Positions 39,848 to 58,345 of a stretch of 64,000 nt of DNA are shown piece after piece; position 1 is the first letter of the stretch; every line of letters starts with the position of its first letter. This DNA comes from Balamuthia mandrillaris (Eukaryota), in the NCBI GenBank assembly GCA_031835245.2, contig JAVKOQ020000070.1, forward strand, positions 1 through 64,000, read 5' to 3'. The notes below the pieces were generated by a model. The model was not told the DNA's origin and made no database searches. It saw only the letters and a list, made by a program, of their open reading frames with translations. The position numbers and the translations under genes were made by a program.

Positions 39848-41854
39848 ATGCAAGCACGAGACACGTACGACGAAGAGCAGTCCATCTTCTTCGTGGCACA
39901 AGAGGAAAATATCAACAACAACAACCTGAACAACGAAACCTCTGCGCAAGATGCCTTTGGACCCTACTCCTTCGTGGACCTGAGCTTCGAAGGAGGCAAG
40001 CCCTACCGCAGGAAGAGCGCCCCTGAGGCTGGCGTTCCCATGTGCGACATGTGCTACGCCGTCCTTTCCAGTTATTCCGAGCTGTATAAGCACAAGGCTA
40101 AGCCGTGCTACGAGGCGTGCGAGAAGCTGCAGCCGCCTTATCCTCATCCCATCAAAATACGCTTCCTCGAAGAGCAACTGTTTTATATCGGAGACGTTAT
40201 TCGTGCTTTGGGCTTTCCGCTCCAGGTTTCACCTTCTTCGCTCTATATCCCGTTTCTTCCCTATTCAATTCTCCGCTTTCTTCTTCTTGTTCTTCTTGTT
40301 CTTGTTTCTTCTTGTTCTAGTTCTCGTTCTTGTTCTTGTTCTTGTTCTTCTTCTTGTTCTTCTTCGTCTGTCTCTTCTCAGTACTTTCTTCTGCCTTTTT
40401 GGCGTCTTCTGTTAGCACTCTCTTCTGTTCCGGTGTTTGTATGTCACTAACAAAACAGAACACAAGGAGGAGGAAGAACAAGAAGGGACGCAAAAGATAA
40501 CATATGTGATAGTGGATGAGTCGATGTTCGAGATCACTCTCAGACGGTTTTACAACGGACAGATCACAAAATACAACCTCGAACAGTGGTACCCTGCGTT
40601 ACACAGCCTTGCTGCAGGTCTCACTTCTCATTTCTTGTTTTCGTTTCTTTGTTGCTCTTTAGCTTCTTCAAACGGCAGCTGAAGTTTCAAATCCCTCATC
40701 CTCAACAGACTGTACCCCCAAAACACTGTTCATGCCGCTCAATGATGCTGAGTTGAAGCTGTTGCAGTCGTTGGCCTCTGTTGTTTTGGCTCGTAACCTG
40801 GGTATGGGCTCTCGCGAAACCCAAAAGGAACTTGAAGGACGAGAGAAACTTGAGGTAACTAGGTCTTATAGTGCTATATTCTATATCTTTTTTGCTGATG
40901 ACCCTCTCGCAACTTTTCTTTATTTATATGTTAGGACAAGATAACCGCAATGATGAAAGAAGCAGAAGGTGAGGAAGGCAGCTCGGAAGAGAATAAACCA
41001 GTAAAACCTTGGTTTTGTCGCATGTCCACACGAAGCCCAAAAGACAGCGTCTCCAGCAAACGAGCCAACCAGGAAAACAAAGATGAAACGGACGCGGCCA
41101 AGAGGCTTAACGTCAAGAATGCAGCGCTCAAAGTAACCAATGGCTTCGAAGCCATGGAGCTGCTTACCAAGAGTCAACGCGTCTTTAGCGACATCTCTCA
41201 ACACTTTCAATACCGCGTTGCAGGTTCATTTTTAAACAAAAACAAAACACGACAGACATCAGCTACACGAACGAAACTAACCAATAACTCTTCTTAACGC
41301 TTTGCACGACACTCAGGAAGCACTTCGGGAGAGTTGTGTTTAATACTACGTGAGTGGATGGATGGTCTTCGACAGGACCATGAGTTTCGATGTTTTGTTC
41401 ACAATAGGACGCTGAATGCCATATCCCAGTACCACTGCTACAGCCGGTTCGAATCTCTGCAGGATGCTGGCTACTTGGACCGCATCCGCGAGGCCATCAT
41501 CGCTTGCCATGATCGCATTAAAGACGCCGTTCCAATGCCAAGGTCGAGATTATTCTTCACTCTCCCTGTCTTCTTTTGTCGCTTGTTTGTGTCTTGGCTT
41601 TCTTCCTTGTTCTATTCTAACGAAGGTACCGATAAACTATAAGCTATGTGGTGGATATAGCGGTGCTCCCAGACTGGACTTGTCAGGTCATAGAGTTAAA
41701 TCCATTTGGAACGCACATGAGCAGCGGTGCTGCCCTTTATAACTGGGCCACAGATGTGGATTTGTTGTACGGGCGGCTTGGAAGGAAGACCCCGGCCATC
41801 CGCGTCTTAAAAGAACTTATACCTTCTCCATCCCACAATCACAACAACAATTAA
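39848..41854 (+). CDS. CDC123-family (R2K-type) ATP-grasp protein with N-terminal zinc-finger-like motif
   Basis: FCRMSTRSPKD, LLTKSQRVFSDI, LILREW, EFRCFVHNRTLNAISQY, VIELNPFG..SGAALYNW. Confidence 0.8.
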
Positions 41855-42101
41855 ATTGTTTTTCCCATCCCACCGTAGTCTCGTCCTCTCAAGCGAAGAG
41901 TTCACCAAACCAGCATCAAACCAAACCTAACAACTTTAAGAAAAAATAAAAACAAACAAACAAAAAAAAAAGAAAGAAATAGAAAAAGAAAAGGAAAAGG
42001 AAAAAGAAAATGAATCAACATATCTATGAGGCTGAAGATGATCTAATAGGTTGGGTACCAAAAAAACCGTAGCAGGAGAAGGGAACACAAGAAACCCCAA
42101 C

Positions 42102-42484
42102 ATGTCGGCAGGGGTTGGGCTCAGCAAGGGACGCAAGACGTTCCTCGAAACCTTCAAGTTTTCTGTCTACCTCCTCGCGCCCCTGGGCATCACTGCCTAC
42201 TTGATGTGGCCGGGAAATCTCACAAAGTTGCAGCGAAAGGTGCGATCTCCGCAGTTCTGTTGTGAGTGCTGTGCGTTTCTTTCTTTGCATGGTTTTGATT
42301 AAAAACACCTCCCTCCCTCCACGCACAAAAGTACTTGATGGTTGTGTATCCGCCGGAGAGTGCTGTCTCGCGAGACTTCAAAGAAGCCGCCGACGAGGTC
42401 ATAAGGCAAAGGTACCAAGCCATGATCGAAAAGGAGTTGGCACAGAACGCCCAGAAGCAGCAGCCCACAACAAAAGAGCAGTAG
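42102..42484 (+). CDS. PET100-like small mitochondrial membrane protein (two exons)
   Basis: LETFKFSVYLLAPLG...YLMVVYPPE resembles the PET100 N-terminal motif. Confidence 0.6.
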
Positions 42485-42581
42485 TGATAACACTGCATAA
42501 GCTTTTATTCTTTTGGATAACAAAGATATTGCAACTGTACAGCAAAGTGCTCTGAAACGCACTACAAACACCCACTTCTTC

Positions 42582-42626
<45 letters not shown>

Positions 42627-42660
42627 CGCTCTTCTCTCTCTCTCCTCCTCGGCATTCCCG

Positions 42661-43584
42661 TTACAAGTGAAGTGCTGCCAACTGTCGCCTTGTTTGCCAC
42701 AAGCCGACATACAATAGGAGCAGTGCCAACGTGCCACGAAGCGCAGCCCCCTCCAGCTGGTGGTAGTGGAAGGCCACCACCAGCGCTGTTAGCCACATCC
42801 CTGCGAAGGCCAACCATTGCCAAGCATATCTCTTACCTTCCATAAGAGAGATGAGGGAAGTGAGAAGCTAGAAGAAAAAAAGGAACAAGAGAGGAATGTC
42901 GCAACAAACCTTGGCACAAAGGGATGCAAACAAGGATAAGACAGAATATACAAAGGGAGCTCAGCAACAGACCACATCCAAAGCTGACGATGGAGACAAA
43001 TATCTTTTCCGAATGATGCCCAAACGTAAACAGCATCGCTGTTCATTGTTCAGCTTAGCCATGAGTAAGCTCAGAAACAAATGCAAAAGGATGAGCGTAC
43101 CAACAAAGCATATAGCCTCACTCACAATAAGGAATACATTGGGAAGCCCCGTCAAACGAAGCAGCCATGCCTGACGGAAGAGCTTCTCGCCGTTGGCGCT
43201 GTGCAGCTGAAAGCCGGTAACAAACAGGAAGAGCAGCTGGCCAAAGTACCACCCCACCGTCAAAAAATGGAGCAGGACAAATACATGGCAGAGGTGGTGG
43301 TCGTGGTCCAGGTACTCCGGCAACACTCGGGAGTGATACGAAGCTGCGATGGAGTGTGAGAGTGACTCTGTCAAGAAAAGGATCCCCTGCAAGAGGAACA
43401 ACACGAAAGAGACGAGGAGCAATGGAGAGCGAGGCAACAAGCTCGCCTGAGCCGCTACCAGTTCTGTAGTTAGGTTATTTCTGCCTTCTGATGCATCATC
43501 ACCCTTGAGCCCTCGTCTTTCACGCAGAAGGCTCGCTCCGGTGTTGTGTCCTTGCTGAACCACCCCCGCTGCGTCAACCTTCAT
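42661..43584 (-). CDS. Multi-pass membrane protein of unknown function
   Basis: Hydrophobic ORFs 42961-43659 and 42661-42843; divergent from POP4. Confidence 0.5.
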
Positions 43585-43711
43585 CTTCTCCGCTTGGTTC
43601 TCGCTCGCGTAACGCCATCCTGACGACGTGGAAATAGGCGTCGACAAATCATGCTGCACACGTCACTATTTTCCATTTACCGTCGAAAAAGAAGAAACAA
43701 GCAAAAAAAGG

Positions 43712-44824
43712 ATGAAGCGAAGACGGTTGTCTGCTGGCAGAATCAATGCCTCCTCCTCTTCCAGCGCCAGCGATGGAAGCCAGTTTCTTTACACGACCCT
43801 TGATGGTCAAAGAGCGGTACATACAAATACCAGATTCTGTAGTTCTGTTGTTGTTGTCTGCAACAAAGCATCCCTGACCACGAAATTTTCTAACAGAGTA
43901 GCGAAACAAGTGAAGCGATGTTGAAGAAATACGTTCAAGGCCTGCTTCCGAGTAACGTGGACGTAGATACTGTCTATCGTTCCAAGCTACACAAGAAGGC
44001 GTTGATGTTGGATAACCCAGTGGCCGGCTTGGGCGACTTTGGCCTCAACACGGCTGCTGAACACAAAGATAGAACCGCAAAGATGAAAAAACGCAAAGTC
44101 ATGAAGTCCAAAGAGCAACGAGCAAAGAAAGTGTTTGCCATTGAGAAGGATAAACAAAGATACGACCTCTATCTGCCACTACATGAACTGTGGAAGCAAT
44201 ACATGTCCGAGCTCCTTTCTGCAGAAGTGAACGCGTAAGCTTTCTTCCTCTTACTTTTCCTTGTTTCTCTTTATTACTTTCAGTCTTTGTTTCTCTACTC
44301 TATGCTCTCTCTCTTTCTCTCTTTCTCTTCGCTCTCTCTTACGTAATCGGTCTGTCACTCTTTTGGTTGCCTTTGCTCACCCTACACAGCACCAACTTTC
44401 AGGCAAAGTTATTAAAAGCAGACCTGCATGGCTGCATCATGCGCGTCATCCGCTCCAAGTGTCCTTCCTACCTCGGCATGGAGGGCATTCTTGCACAAGA
44501 GACCGAGCACACCTTCCAACTTATAACCAAAAAGAATCAATTAAAAGGTTAAACTCTCTCTCTTTAATCCTCATCTCAGCTATTCTCTATTTGCTCTTCT
44601 CTCGTTATCTTTCCGCTTCCCACATTTTCTTTTCTCTTCTCTTCTCTTCCATTCTCTGCTCTTTATGTTCGCTAAACTTCAACACAGTGATACCGAAAGC
44701 AAACAACGTGTTCAGTTTTGTGGTGGAGGAGCGTGTGGTAACACTCTACGGAAACCACTTTCTTTACCGGTCAAGCGAGCGCTCCGCCCGTAAGTTCAAG
44801 AACAAGACCACCATCGCTTTGTGA
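43712..44824 (+). CDS. POP4: RNase P/MRP protein subunit p29
   Basis: LYLPLHELWKQYM, KLLKADLHGC..V..SKCPSYLGMEGI..QET, IPKANNVF, LYGNHFLYRSSERSARKFK. Confidence 0.92.
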
Positions 44825-45180
44825 CATCCAACAACAACTAAAAAAAAAAACCAATAATATTAAAATTTCGAGAAAATTTTGTCAAAAATCGATAAAAGCG
44901 ACCGATCATCAATAAGTGGGTACAGAATTTCCGTAAATGGTCACGTGATGTCATCTGTTTACCATAAGGGTAAAGCATGACATCAGCTGGGCTACGAAAG
45001 GAGCATTTAATATCGGGTAACGGGTTCATAATGGTGCTGCAACAACGCAGCAAACCCAAAAATAAAAAATGAATTTATCTGATGCAGCACCCCCTTTTCG
45101 CTTTGTTACCGTTGTTACCTTCACAACGGGGCACAAAACAGAAAAGAAAAGAAAGAAAAAGGAAGGAAGGAGGAAGAAGG

Positions 45181-45558
45181 ATGGGCAATCCCTTCAGCAA
45201 AATTTTTGGTAAGCTGGGCAAGAAGCCCGTCCGGCTGCTGATGTTGGGGTTGGACGCTGCTGGAAAGACCACCGTGCTCTACCAGTTGCAGCTCGGCGAG
45301 TATGTACAGACTATTCCCACAGTTGGTGCGTTGGTTCACTCTCCTTGTTTTTGTCTTGTTGGTTCTCCGCCGAAGAAGAAGACGTAACGCTGGTACCCAC
45401 GCTTTAGGTTTTAATGTGGAAACGATAAAATACAAAAATGTGCGCTTTGACTGTTGGGATGCTGGAGGTCAAGCCAAGGTCCGTAGGCTGTGTTGAATTT
45501 CTGCTCGTTGCCGTGAACTCTCTCTGCTCTTTGTTCTCTGCTCTATCTCAATCACTCT

Positions 45559-45591
<33 letters not shown>

Positions 45592-45640
45592 TGCTCAATC
45601 ACTCTCTCCCTTTTCGCCCTCACCTCGCCTCTCGCACACC

Positions 45641-45686
<46 letters not shown>

Positions 45687-46513
45687 CTCCTCCTGTCTTC
45701 GTTCTCTCCTTTTAACAGCAGGCTTGTTATCTTGTCGTTTCTCTTTCGTCACTTGTCTTTGTTTCTCTTCTTTCTCCTTCTCTTTGATTGTATTTCGTTT
45801 CTTTTTATTTGTACTGTACGTTCACTGTGTCCTTTCTTGATTCTTTTCGTGTCTCTCTATCTTGTCGTTTCGCCAGCTCTTTTGCTTGCTGTTTCTCTTG
45901 CTCTTTCCTCTCCTCTTTCCTCGGTTGCTGTGGAATCATTCTTGTTTCGATGTTGCCTTTCTTATTTCTTTGTCTTGTTCCGCTTTCTCCTTTGACTCTA
46001 ACTTATTGCATTGGACTTGCGTATATTTTCCTCATTTCTTTCAAACCCTTATAACATGCAGTTTCGGCGGTTATGGTACTATATCATTCATGTTCTTTCT
46101 TTCTCTTTCTCTTTTCTTTTCGTTTATCTTCTCGTTTTTCTAACGCTGGCAAATATTCGTACTTATCTTTTGCTCACCTTGCTTTCTTCGATTCTAACGA
46201 TCAAACACATAGGCACCATTACTGCACAAACTCCCAAGGCGTTATATTTGTTATCGACAGCACAGACGAGGAACGCCTTCCAGAGGCCAAAGAAGAGCTG
46301 CATGGCATTCTCAAAGAGGAGTCCTTGAAAGGCGTGGCGGTCCTGGTCTTTGCCAACAAACAGGACATGACGGGAGCTCTTCCCCCAGAGGAGATCGCTT
46401 CTATCTTGGACCTCGACTCCCTAGGGATCAAGTGGCACATCGAAGGGACATGCGCCACCAAGGGAGAAGGCCTTGTCAACGGATTGGACTGGTTGGTGGA
46501 TACCATCTTGTGA
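45181..46513 (+). CDS. ADP-ribosylation factor (ARF/ARL) small GTPase
   Basis: MGNPFSK myristoylation start, [40 protein letters not shown]. Confidence 0.95.
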
Positions 46514-46733
46514 ATGCATTCCACACACGCACAAGCACACTCCATTCACCGCATGTACAAACAACCGCTGAAAATTCATTTTGCCGCATCGCACGTCGAC
46601 AATTTATATTCACGTCGTCATGAATTTTGTGTTCACGTCGTCCCATCGGACAAATTTTCCGAGACGACGTGAAAAAATACACATGTGATGTCGTCACAAA
46701 ATATTTTTGAGTAGCGAAGATCCTGCAAGGAAG

Positions 46734-52344
<5,611 letters not shown>

Positions 52345-52444
52345 TCCCCTCTTTTCCCTTCAAAAAATTATCATTTTTCTTTAGCATCGCCTTCTCTCTT
52401 CTCTCTTCTCCTTTTCTACTCTTCTCTCTCTCTCTCTCTCTCTC

Positions 52445-54658
52445 TCAGTTTAGCCAATGCGCAAGCTCCTCCTGCAAGACACCACGCAGCTGTTCTCTGG
52501 TACGTTGCTTAAATTCCTGTACTTTCTGCATGAACTTGTAATGATGATTCTTCCCCACCAGATCCCTGATCAACCGCAGCAGTACCTCCTTGCTGTCCAA
52601 CTCCGGCCAGGACAAGTTCCATCGCTCCAACCCCATCGTGTGCATTAGCTCCATCCCCTTGAAGTTATAGGACAGAGAAACAAATGGAACCTCCGCCGCG
52701 ATGCTTAAGTAAGCGGTGTACAACTTGGTGGCGATGCTGCACTTGGCGTGCTTCAGCAAGGCCATCAGGTACAGCGTTTCTTCTTCCTCCACGCTGGCCT
52801 CCAAGAAGACAATTCGTTGGAGACGAGGAAGCGGAGTAGAAGGAGGAGGCTCTTGTTGCTGTTGTTGATGCACTTCCTTCAGGATGTGTTTCAGGCTGAG
52901 GAAATCGCTGGAATCGACTAGATAGAATATCACCCAGTGCTCTTTGCTCAGCTCTAGCGCTGTCTCTGCCAACACTCTAAATCCAATAGTTGTCATCAGA
53001 ACAGAAAGAAAAAAGAAGGTGGTGAACGAAACCGACCTTTCAACTTGCCGAAACGTTTTACGACCGCCGTAACTGATGCTGCGACTGCTCCAACTGATTA
53101 GAATATAACTGTCTTGTGGAGATAGTGCCGTTCCAACTCCATCCATGATTCCAAAGTACTGCAGAGCGTCAGCGAGATGGCTGCTTAGTGGGTTTGAGGA
53201 GCCCGCCGTTTGTTGCTCCAGGTAAGCAGGAGGCGAAGGGGCTGACAATGTGGACATGATATCGGGCAACGTCTCCACGTCGGCTTCTAGCTCCTCCGCT
53301 TCCAGTTCGAAAAAGTACGTAAACTCATTCGCCAGTGCCACTACGTCATGCAACACTTTAACCTTGTGTGCGTTTTTTAGTTTTGCTGGTTTGTGTTTCA
53401 AAAAGGAGCATCAGACCAAAGTACCTGACGAGGGGATGGCAACAACCAATCCAACATAGCTCTGGTAAATGGACCTCTCACGCCCCCAAACACAGGCCTA
53501 ATTGCAGGGGTGCTATCCGCTTTCCCTTTCTCCCCTTCCCCATCCATCTCCGTAGTTTCCCACAAGAATCCAGTCGGCCTCTTGTTCCTCCTCCCATAAA
53601 GATATGTCATCAACTCCTCCACCTCTTCCTGCTTCACCACCGTCATCAGTTGCTGTTGCTGACCCTCATTTACACCATCACCTTCATCCTCAGTATCAGC
53701 CTTCCTCCTCTCCTCCTTTTCTTCTGCTTCCTCTTGCTGACCGCGGATACTTAACAGATAAGAGAGACGCTTGGCAGAAGCAAATGATGCGCTCTCTAAC
53801 AACCCAGATGCTGTCTCTGCCCATCCCGTTCCCCAAAGCAACAACGGCACAGCGGCATCGCTCTCGCTCATCGTCGTGGCCATCAGATATTGCTGCATAA
53901 AGTTGAGATAAAACTCAGAGATAAGGGTCCCTCCTCCCAGGATGATAAGGTCAATGTCCTCCGGGGGACGTTCTCTCTTGGCATCGGCTTTGGCCAGGTC
54001 TGGCACCAGGTATTCGATGGTGAGCATTACTGGAGGAGTAGAAGAAGAAGAAGAAGGAGAGGAAGAGCGGTTGCGATTGAGAGAAAAGAGCAGCTGGTCG
54101 AGGAAGAGACGACAAAGGGAGAAGGAAAGGTCGTCTCCAAGGTTGTTGTGCCCCGGCCATCCCACGTACCATGCCTTTATGTGTTCTGTAGTATGATTTT
54201 TGTTTGAGGAGATAAGAACTAAACAAAAAGAAACGACAAAAACACAGGAAAAAAAAATTACTCTTGTGGTGAGGTCGTGTGAGCATGGCTCGAGGGATGG
54301 TATTCCGTGAGTAAGTTTCAAAGGTTCGTTTATCAGCGTCCCAGCCGGCAAAAAAGTCAAAGAAAGACCGGCGCTGTGCGTCTTCTGGTTCCTCGTCTTT
54401 CTCTTCCTCCTCCTCCTCTCCGATGAACCGCTTCTTTTCGTTGAAGAACTGAAGCGCTTTCCACGGGCTTAGAAGAAGATCCATCCCTCCCTCCGCCTCT
54501 TGTTCGTTCTTCAACATCGCGACTTGGCCCTCTAAACTTTCTTTCTCCTTCTTTATTTCCACGTAGTAGCTCCGCACCCGGAGGAGCTGGAACGTGAAGA
54601 AAGCGAACCCTACCAACAGTATCACCATGTAATGCCATCCTTTCCGCATTCGCCACAT
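52445..54658 (-). CDS. Type II membrane polysaccharide pyruvyl transferase-like protein
   Basis: N-terminal TM anchor; YVGWPGHNNLGDD, IILGGGTLI, LWGTG, GVRGPFT, IAAEVPFVSLSYNFK. Confidence 0.7.
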
Positions 54659-54883
54659 CGTTTGCTTTATTTTGTTGTTGTATGAACTCCTTCTCCTCCT
54701 CCTCCTCCTCCTCCTCCTCCTTGTTGGTTTCCTTCGTTTCGTTTGGTCTTTCTTTTTTTTTTTTGTTTGTCCACCACACGCCTTTTCCGCCAGCAGAGAG
54801 TTACTGTTTGGCCAAGCGGCACGTTATGACTCCCCGTGCAAGCACGTCGACAAAAATACATATATTGGCGCTTCTCCAAGGTA

Positions 54884-56063
54884 ATGGAACGGGCGGACAA
54901 GACAGAGGCGGAGGAGAGCAGAGCCCTTCCCTCCCTCCTCCGACCCTTTGCACACTCAACCGACTGCGACCTCTCCTGCAATGGTTTGACAGCTTTGCCG
55001 AGAGAATTTGGCCAGCTCAGCGCGCTTACCCGCTGCTTCCTCATCAGCAACGAGCTGACCTCCTTGCCGAGAGAGTTTGGCCAGCTCACCGCTCTTGTGT
55101 ACTGCGACCTCTTCGACAACAAGCTGACCTCCTTGCCGAGAGAGTTTGGCCAGCTCACCGCTCTTGTGTACTGCAACCTCAGCAACAACGAGCTGACCTC
55201 CTTGCCGAGAGAGTTTGGCCAGCTCACCGCTCTTGTGTATTGCTACCTCGACGCCAACAAGCTGACCTCCTTACTGAGAGAGTTTGGCCAGCTCCGGGCT
55301 CTTAACTACTGCAACCTCAACAACAACGAGCTGACTTCCTTGCCGAGAGTTTGGCCAACTCACCAGTCTCTGCATTTGCAGCCTCTCCAACAACAAGCTT
55401 TCATCCCTGCCAAGAGAGTTTGGCCGGCTGGGCGCTCTCAAGAGTTATGACCTGGATAATAACCCCTTGGCAGCACTTCCTTGCTCAATGGTTCGTCTTC
55501 TTCCACGAATGCAAACGCGCTGCCCTCAACCCTTTCATCAGCAAGAAGCACTTGCCAAACAAGAGAACGAAGAAGAGCAAGGGCAGAACGAGAAGCCTGA
55601 CCAATCACCACCCATGAGGAACGACCATGCAGTTGTGAAAAGTCTGTGGCACTTGAGTGGAGAGGCGGTGCTGAGGAACAATCTTCTGCCACCAGGCCTG
55701 TTGAGCTCTGTTCCAAACCCGCCCCTCACGTGTACTTCTTCTTCTCTGAAGGCGGAGAGGAGCACAAACCAGCAAGGAACAAAAAAAAGAAGGGAAAGAA
55801 GAAGGGGAAGTGTGGAGCCAGTTATCATGGTGGTGCTGCCAGACGAAATGAAGGAACGACTGGAACGATTGCAGAGAAGATGTGATGTTTGTGCACACCT
55901 GTTTTTGGAGGCAGAAGCGGAAGAAACAGGAGCAGAAGGACAAGCATGGAAATTGGTGAGAAGGTGTTGGGACAAGAAAAGAGGGGTGTGGTGGGAGTTG
56001 TTGTGTTGCAGCCAGAGCTGCTACAACAGGCCCCTTGTTGGATCCTCCCTTGCAACAAAGTAG
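54884..56063 (+). pseudogene. Leucine-rich repeat protein (23-aa LRRs) with one frameshift
   Basis: About 7 tandem 69-bp units encoding LTSLPREFGQLTALVYCxLxxNx; a 2-bp AG deletion near 55348 shifts the frame, and the downstream frame continues into ORF 55467-56063. Confidence 0.8.
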
Positions 56064-56720
56064 TTCTTTGCTCTTTTTTTTTTTGTTAATAACAAAAATG
56101 TTGCTGAGGCAGACTAAGAGAATCCGGTTACCCGGCTCGAGGGGCATTTTTGCTGGGGTACTTCAGAGAGATGAGCCCATTAAGGCCGAAGCATGCCCTC
56201 TAGGCCATTCTCCGTGTTATGTAGATGAGATGTTGATGTTTGCGTTTGCGAGCCAAGAAGGGAGATGTCACCCATAGTGATGGTTTGTTTTCGTTGATAT
56301 CATAGGATAAGAGCAGAAACCATGTGATGGTAGATAATGTGATGAAAACTTCGGAAGGGTGGAACGTCTTCTGATAGTGTTCGGGTGGAAAGCTGGCTTC
56401 GCCTTCGGGCTTCTGTCCCTGCGGCCAGTCCGAGATGGCGTTAAGGATAAAGCGAGGAAGGATCGGGCCAGCGAAGTCACGTCTTGACCTTCCGCCCAAA
56501 TGATACTTTTTGGTAGAAAAACGCCAAAACTGCCAGACCGATGGAATATTATTATTTTGGCATGTCTACAATTAATTGCACACAGCCCCCCAAACTACGA
56601 CCAACAAAAAATGAATCAGCGAAAGGGAAGACCAAGGGGGGGAGTGAATGCTCCACTACCCGCTAGATCCACGTTTTTTCTGTGGGTGACGGCCACAACA
56701 AGTAGAAAGAAGAAGCCAAC

Positions 56721-58181
56721 ATGCAGCAGGGACCTAAAAGCTTTTGGGACGTACAAGAGGCCTTGTTGCAGGACAGTCGTTACTTGCAGCAGGTTTTGAG
56801 GGAGCTGCAACGGACCCGAGAGGCTCCTCCTTTGGCCTTTCCCACCGACCAGGCGGACAAGGAAGCCAGAGAGAAAGAGGAGCGCGAAAAACGAGAGAGC
56901 AAAGGAAACGCACAGCCACCCAAGCGAAAGTTTAAATGGGCAACTGCTGTGGACGAGCACTACCGTTTTGACCCCAGAAATGCAGTAGCCTTTCCCGACC
57001 TCTCCCTTTTGCCTTGGTGGAACTCCCCCTCCACTTCGCAAGAAAACGAGCTGGTCTTGAAAGGCATCGCTTTCTCTGAGGGTGGCTCAGAAGGAGTGTT
57101 CTTCCTGGACACCTCCCAAGGTGCCGTAGTGCTAAAGGGCTCCCGCCACCTGGCCACTGAGGCCTTCGCCCACCTGCTCTGCCTCAAGTGCCACGTCTTT
57201 TCCCCGCGCTTGTTGCCCGTCCGGTTGCAGGCTGAAGGTCCTTCTGCCATGCTCGCTGCGCTGCTGGACTTGGACCAGACCTACCTAGTGGCCAGCAAGC
57301 TGGCCACCCAGACGCATGTCCTCTTGAAGGAGTATGTCAGGGGGTGCACCCTGTCACAGCTGTTCTACGAGAAGGCGGTGGCCCTGTTTGGGGAGGGAAG
57401 GTTTGGAGAGGTGCTCAGTTCCAATGGGACTAGGCGGCTACGGGAGCTCGGCAGGCTGCTTGCATTGGACGTTCTTACCAACAACAGGTTAGTTGAGTGG
57501 AGCTCACTTTCTCTTTCAACATTTCTCTTTCTCTTTCTTTCTCATTCTATTGTTCTGCCTGGACACAGTGATAGGCTGCCGTTGTTGTGGAACAACAGAG
57601 GTAACGGGGGAAACTTGATGTTTGCTGGTCCAAATGGCATCCTCGTTAACATTGATAACAAGGTAAACACTGCTGGCTCCCTTCTCCTTTTCTTTTTGTC
57701 TCTTATTTGAACCAAAAAGGTGGTGCCAATCAACGGAGAGGCTTATCCCAAAAAACTGGAGGAGTACATGACCAACGTGCGGAGCTTATTGTCAACCCTC
57801 ATAAAGAACCCACTAGTGGAGCACAAGTCGTTCCAGACCATCAGAGGGCAGCTACTCTCCATCACCGAGTATGACATTGGAGAGAGAGGGTGTGTGGAGA
57901 TGCAACAAGGTTTCTTGCAAGTAGTGCACGGGCTGCGTCTAGGCGATGGAACCGAACCGCTGGGAAAAGAAGAGAAGAGGAGTGATGGAGAAAAAGAGGG
58001 AGAAGAAGAAGAGGAGATTCTCATTCATCTTTCCATGGAAGAGATGATGAGTTGGGTGGCAGCACTGAGGCAGTTGGAGAGCGCAGAGACGGAAGGATCC
58101 TTGCATCTCAACGAGATAGGAGTGGATTTCGTTTGGAATGTTTGCCAGCTGTTTGCTGAGTTCAAGGCTGCTGCTGCCTGA
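56721..58181 (+). CDS. Actin-fragmin kinase-like atypical kinase
   Basis: SEGGSEGVFF...GAVVLKG, LKEYVRG, LGRLLALDVLTNN.DRLP..W...GNGGNLM, IDN. Confidence 0.8.
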
Positions 58182-58345
58182 CTCGTCTTCCCTTTCGCTG
58201 TTTCTTTTGTCTATATTGCTTTCCAAGAATTTTTGTGATATTCGATATAGTTCTAATTTTTTCGATTGACGATATTTTAAAAAGGAAAATTATAAACAAT
58301 AATTGACAACAAAACAAAATAATATCAAAGAGGCAAAGTGGTGAG

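Noticed and set aside
56100..56500. RNase P/MRP, SRP, U3 or telomerase RNA
   Set aside because: Could not find the paired conserved regions or a CTAACCC-type template
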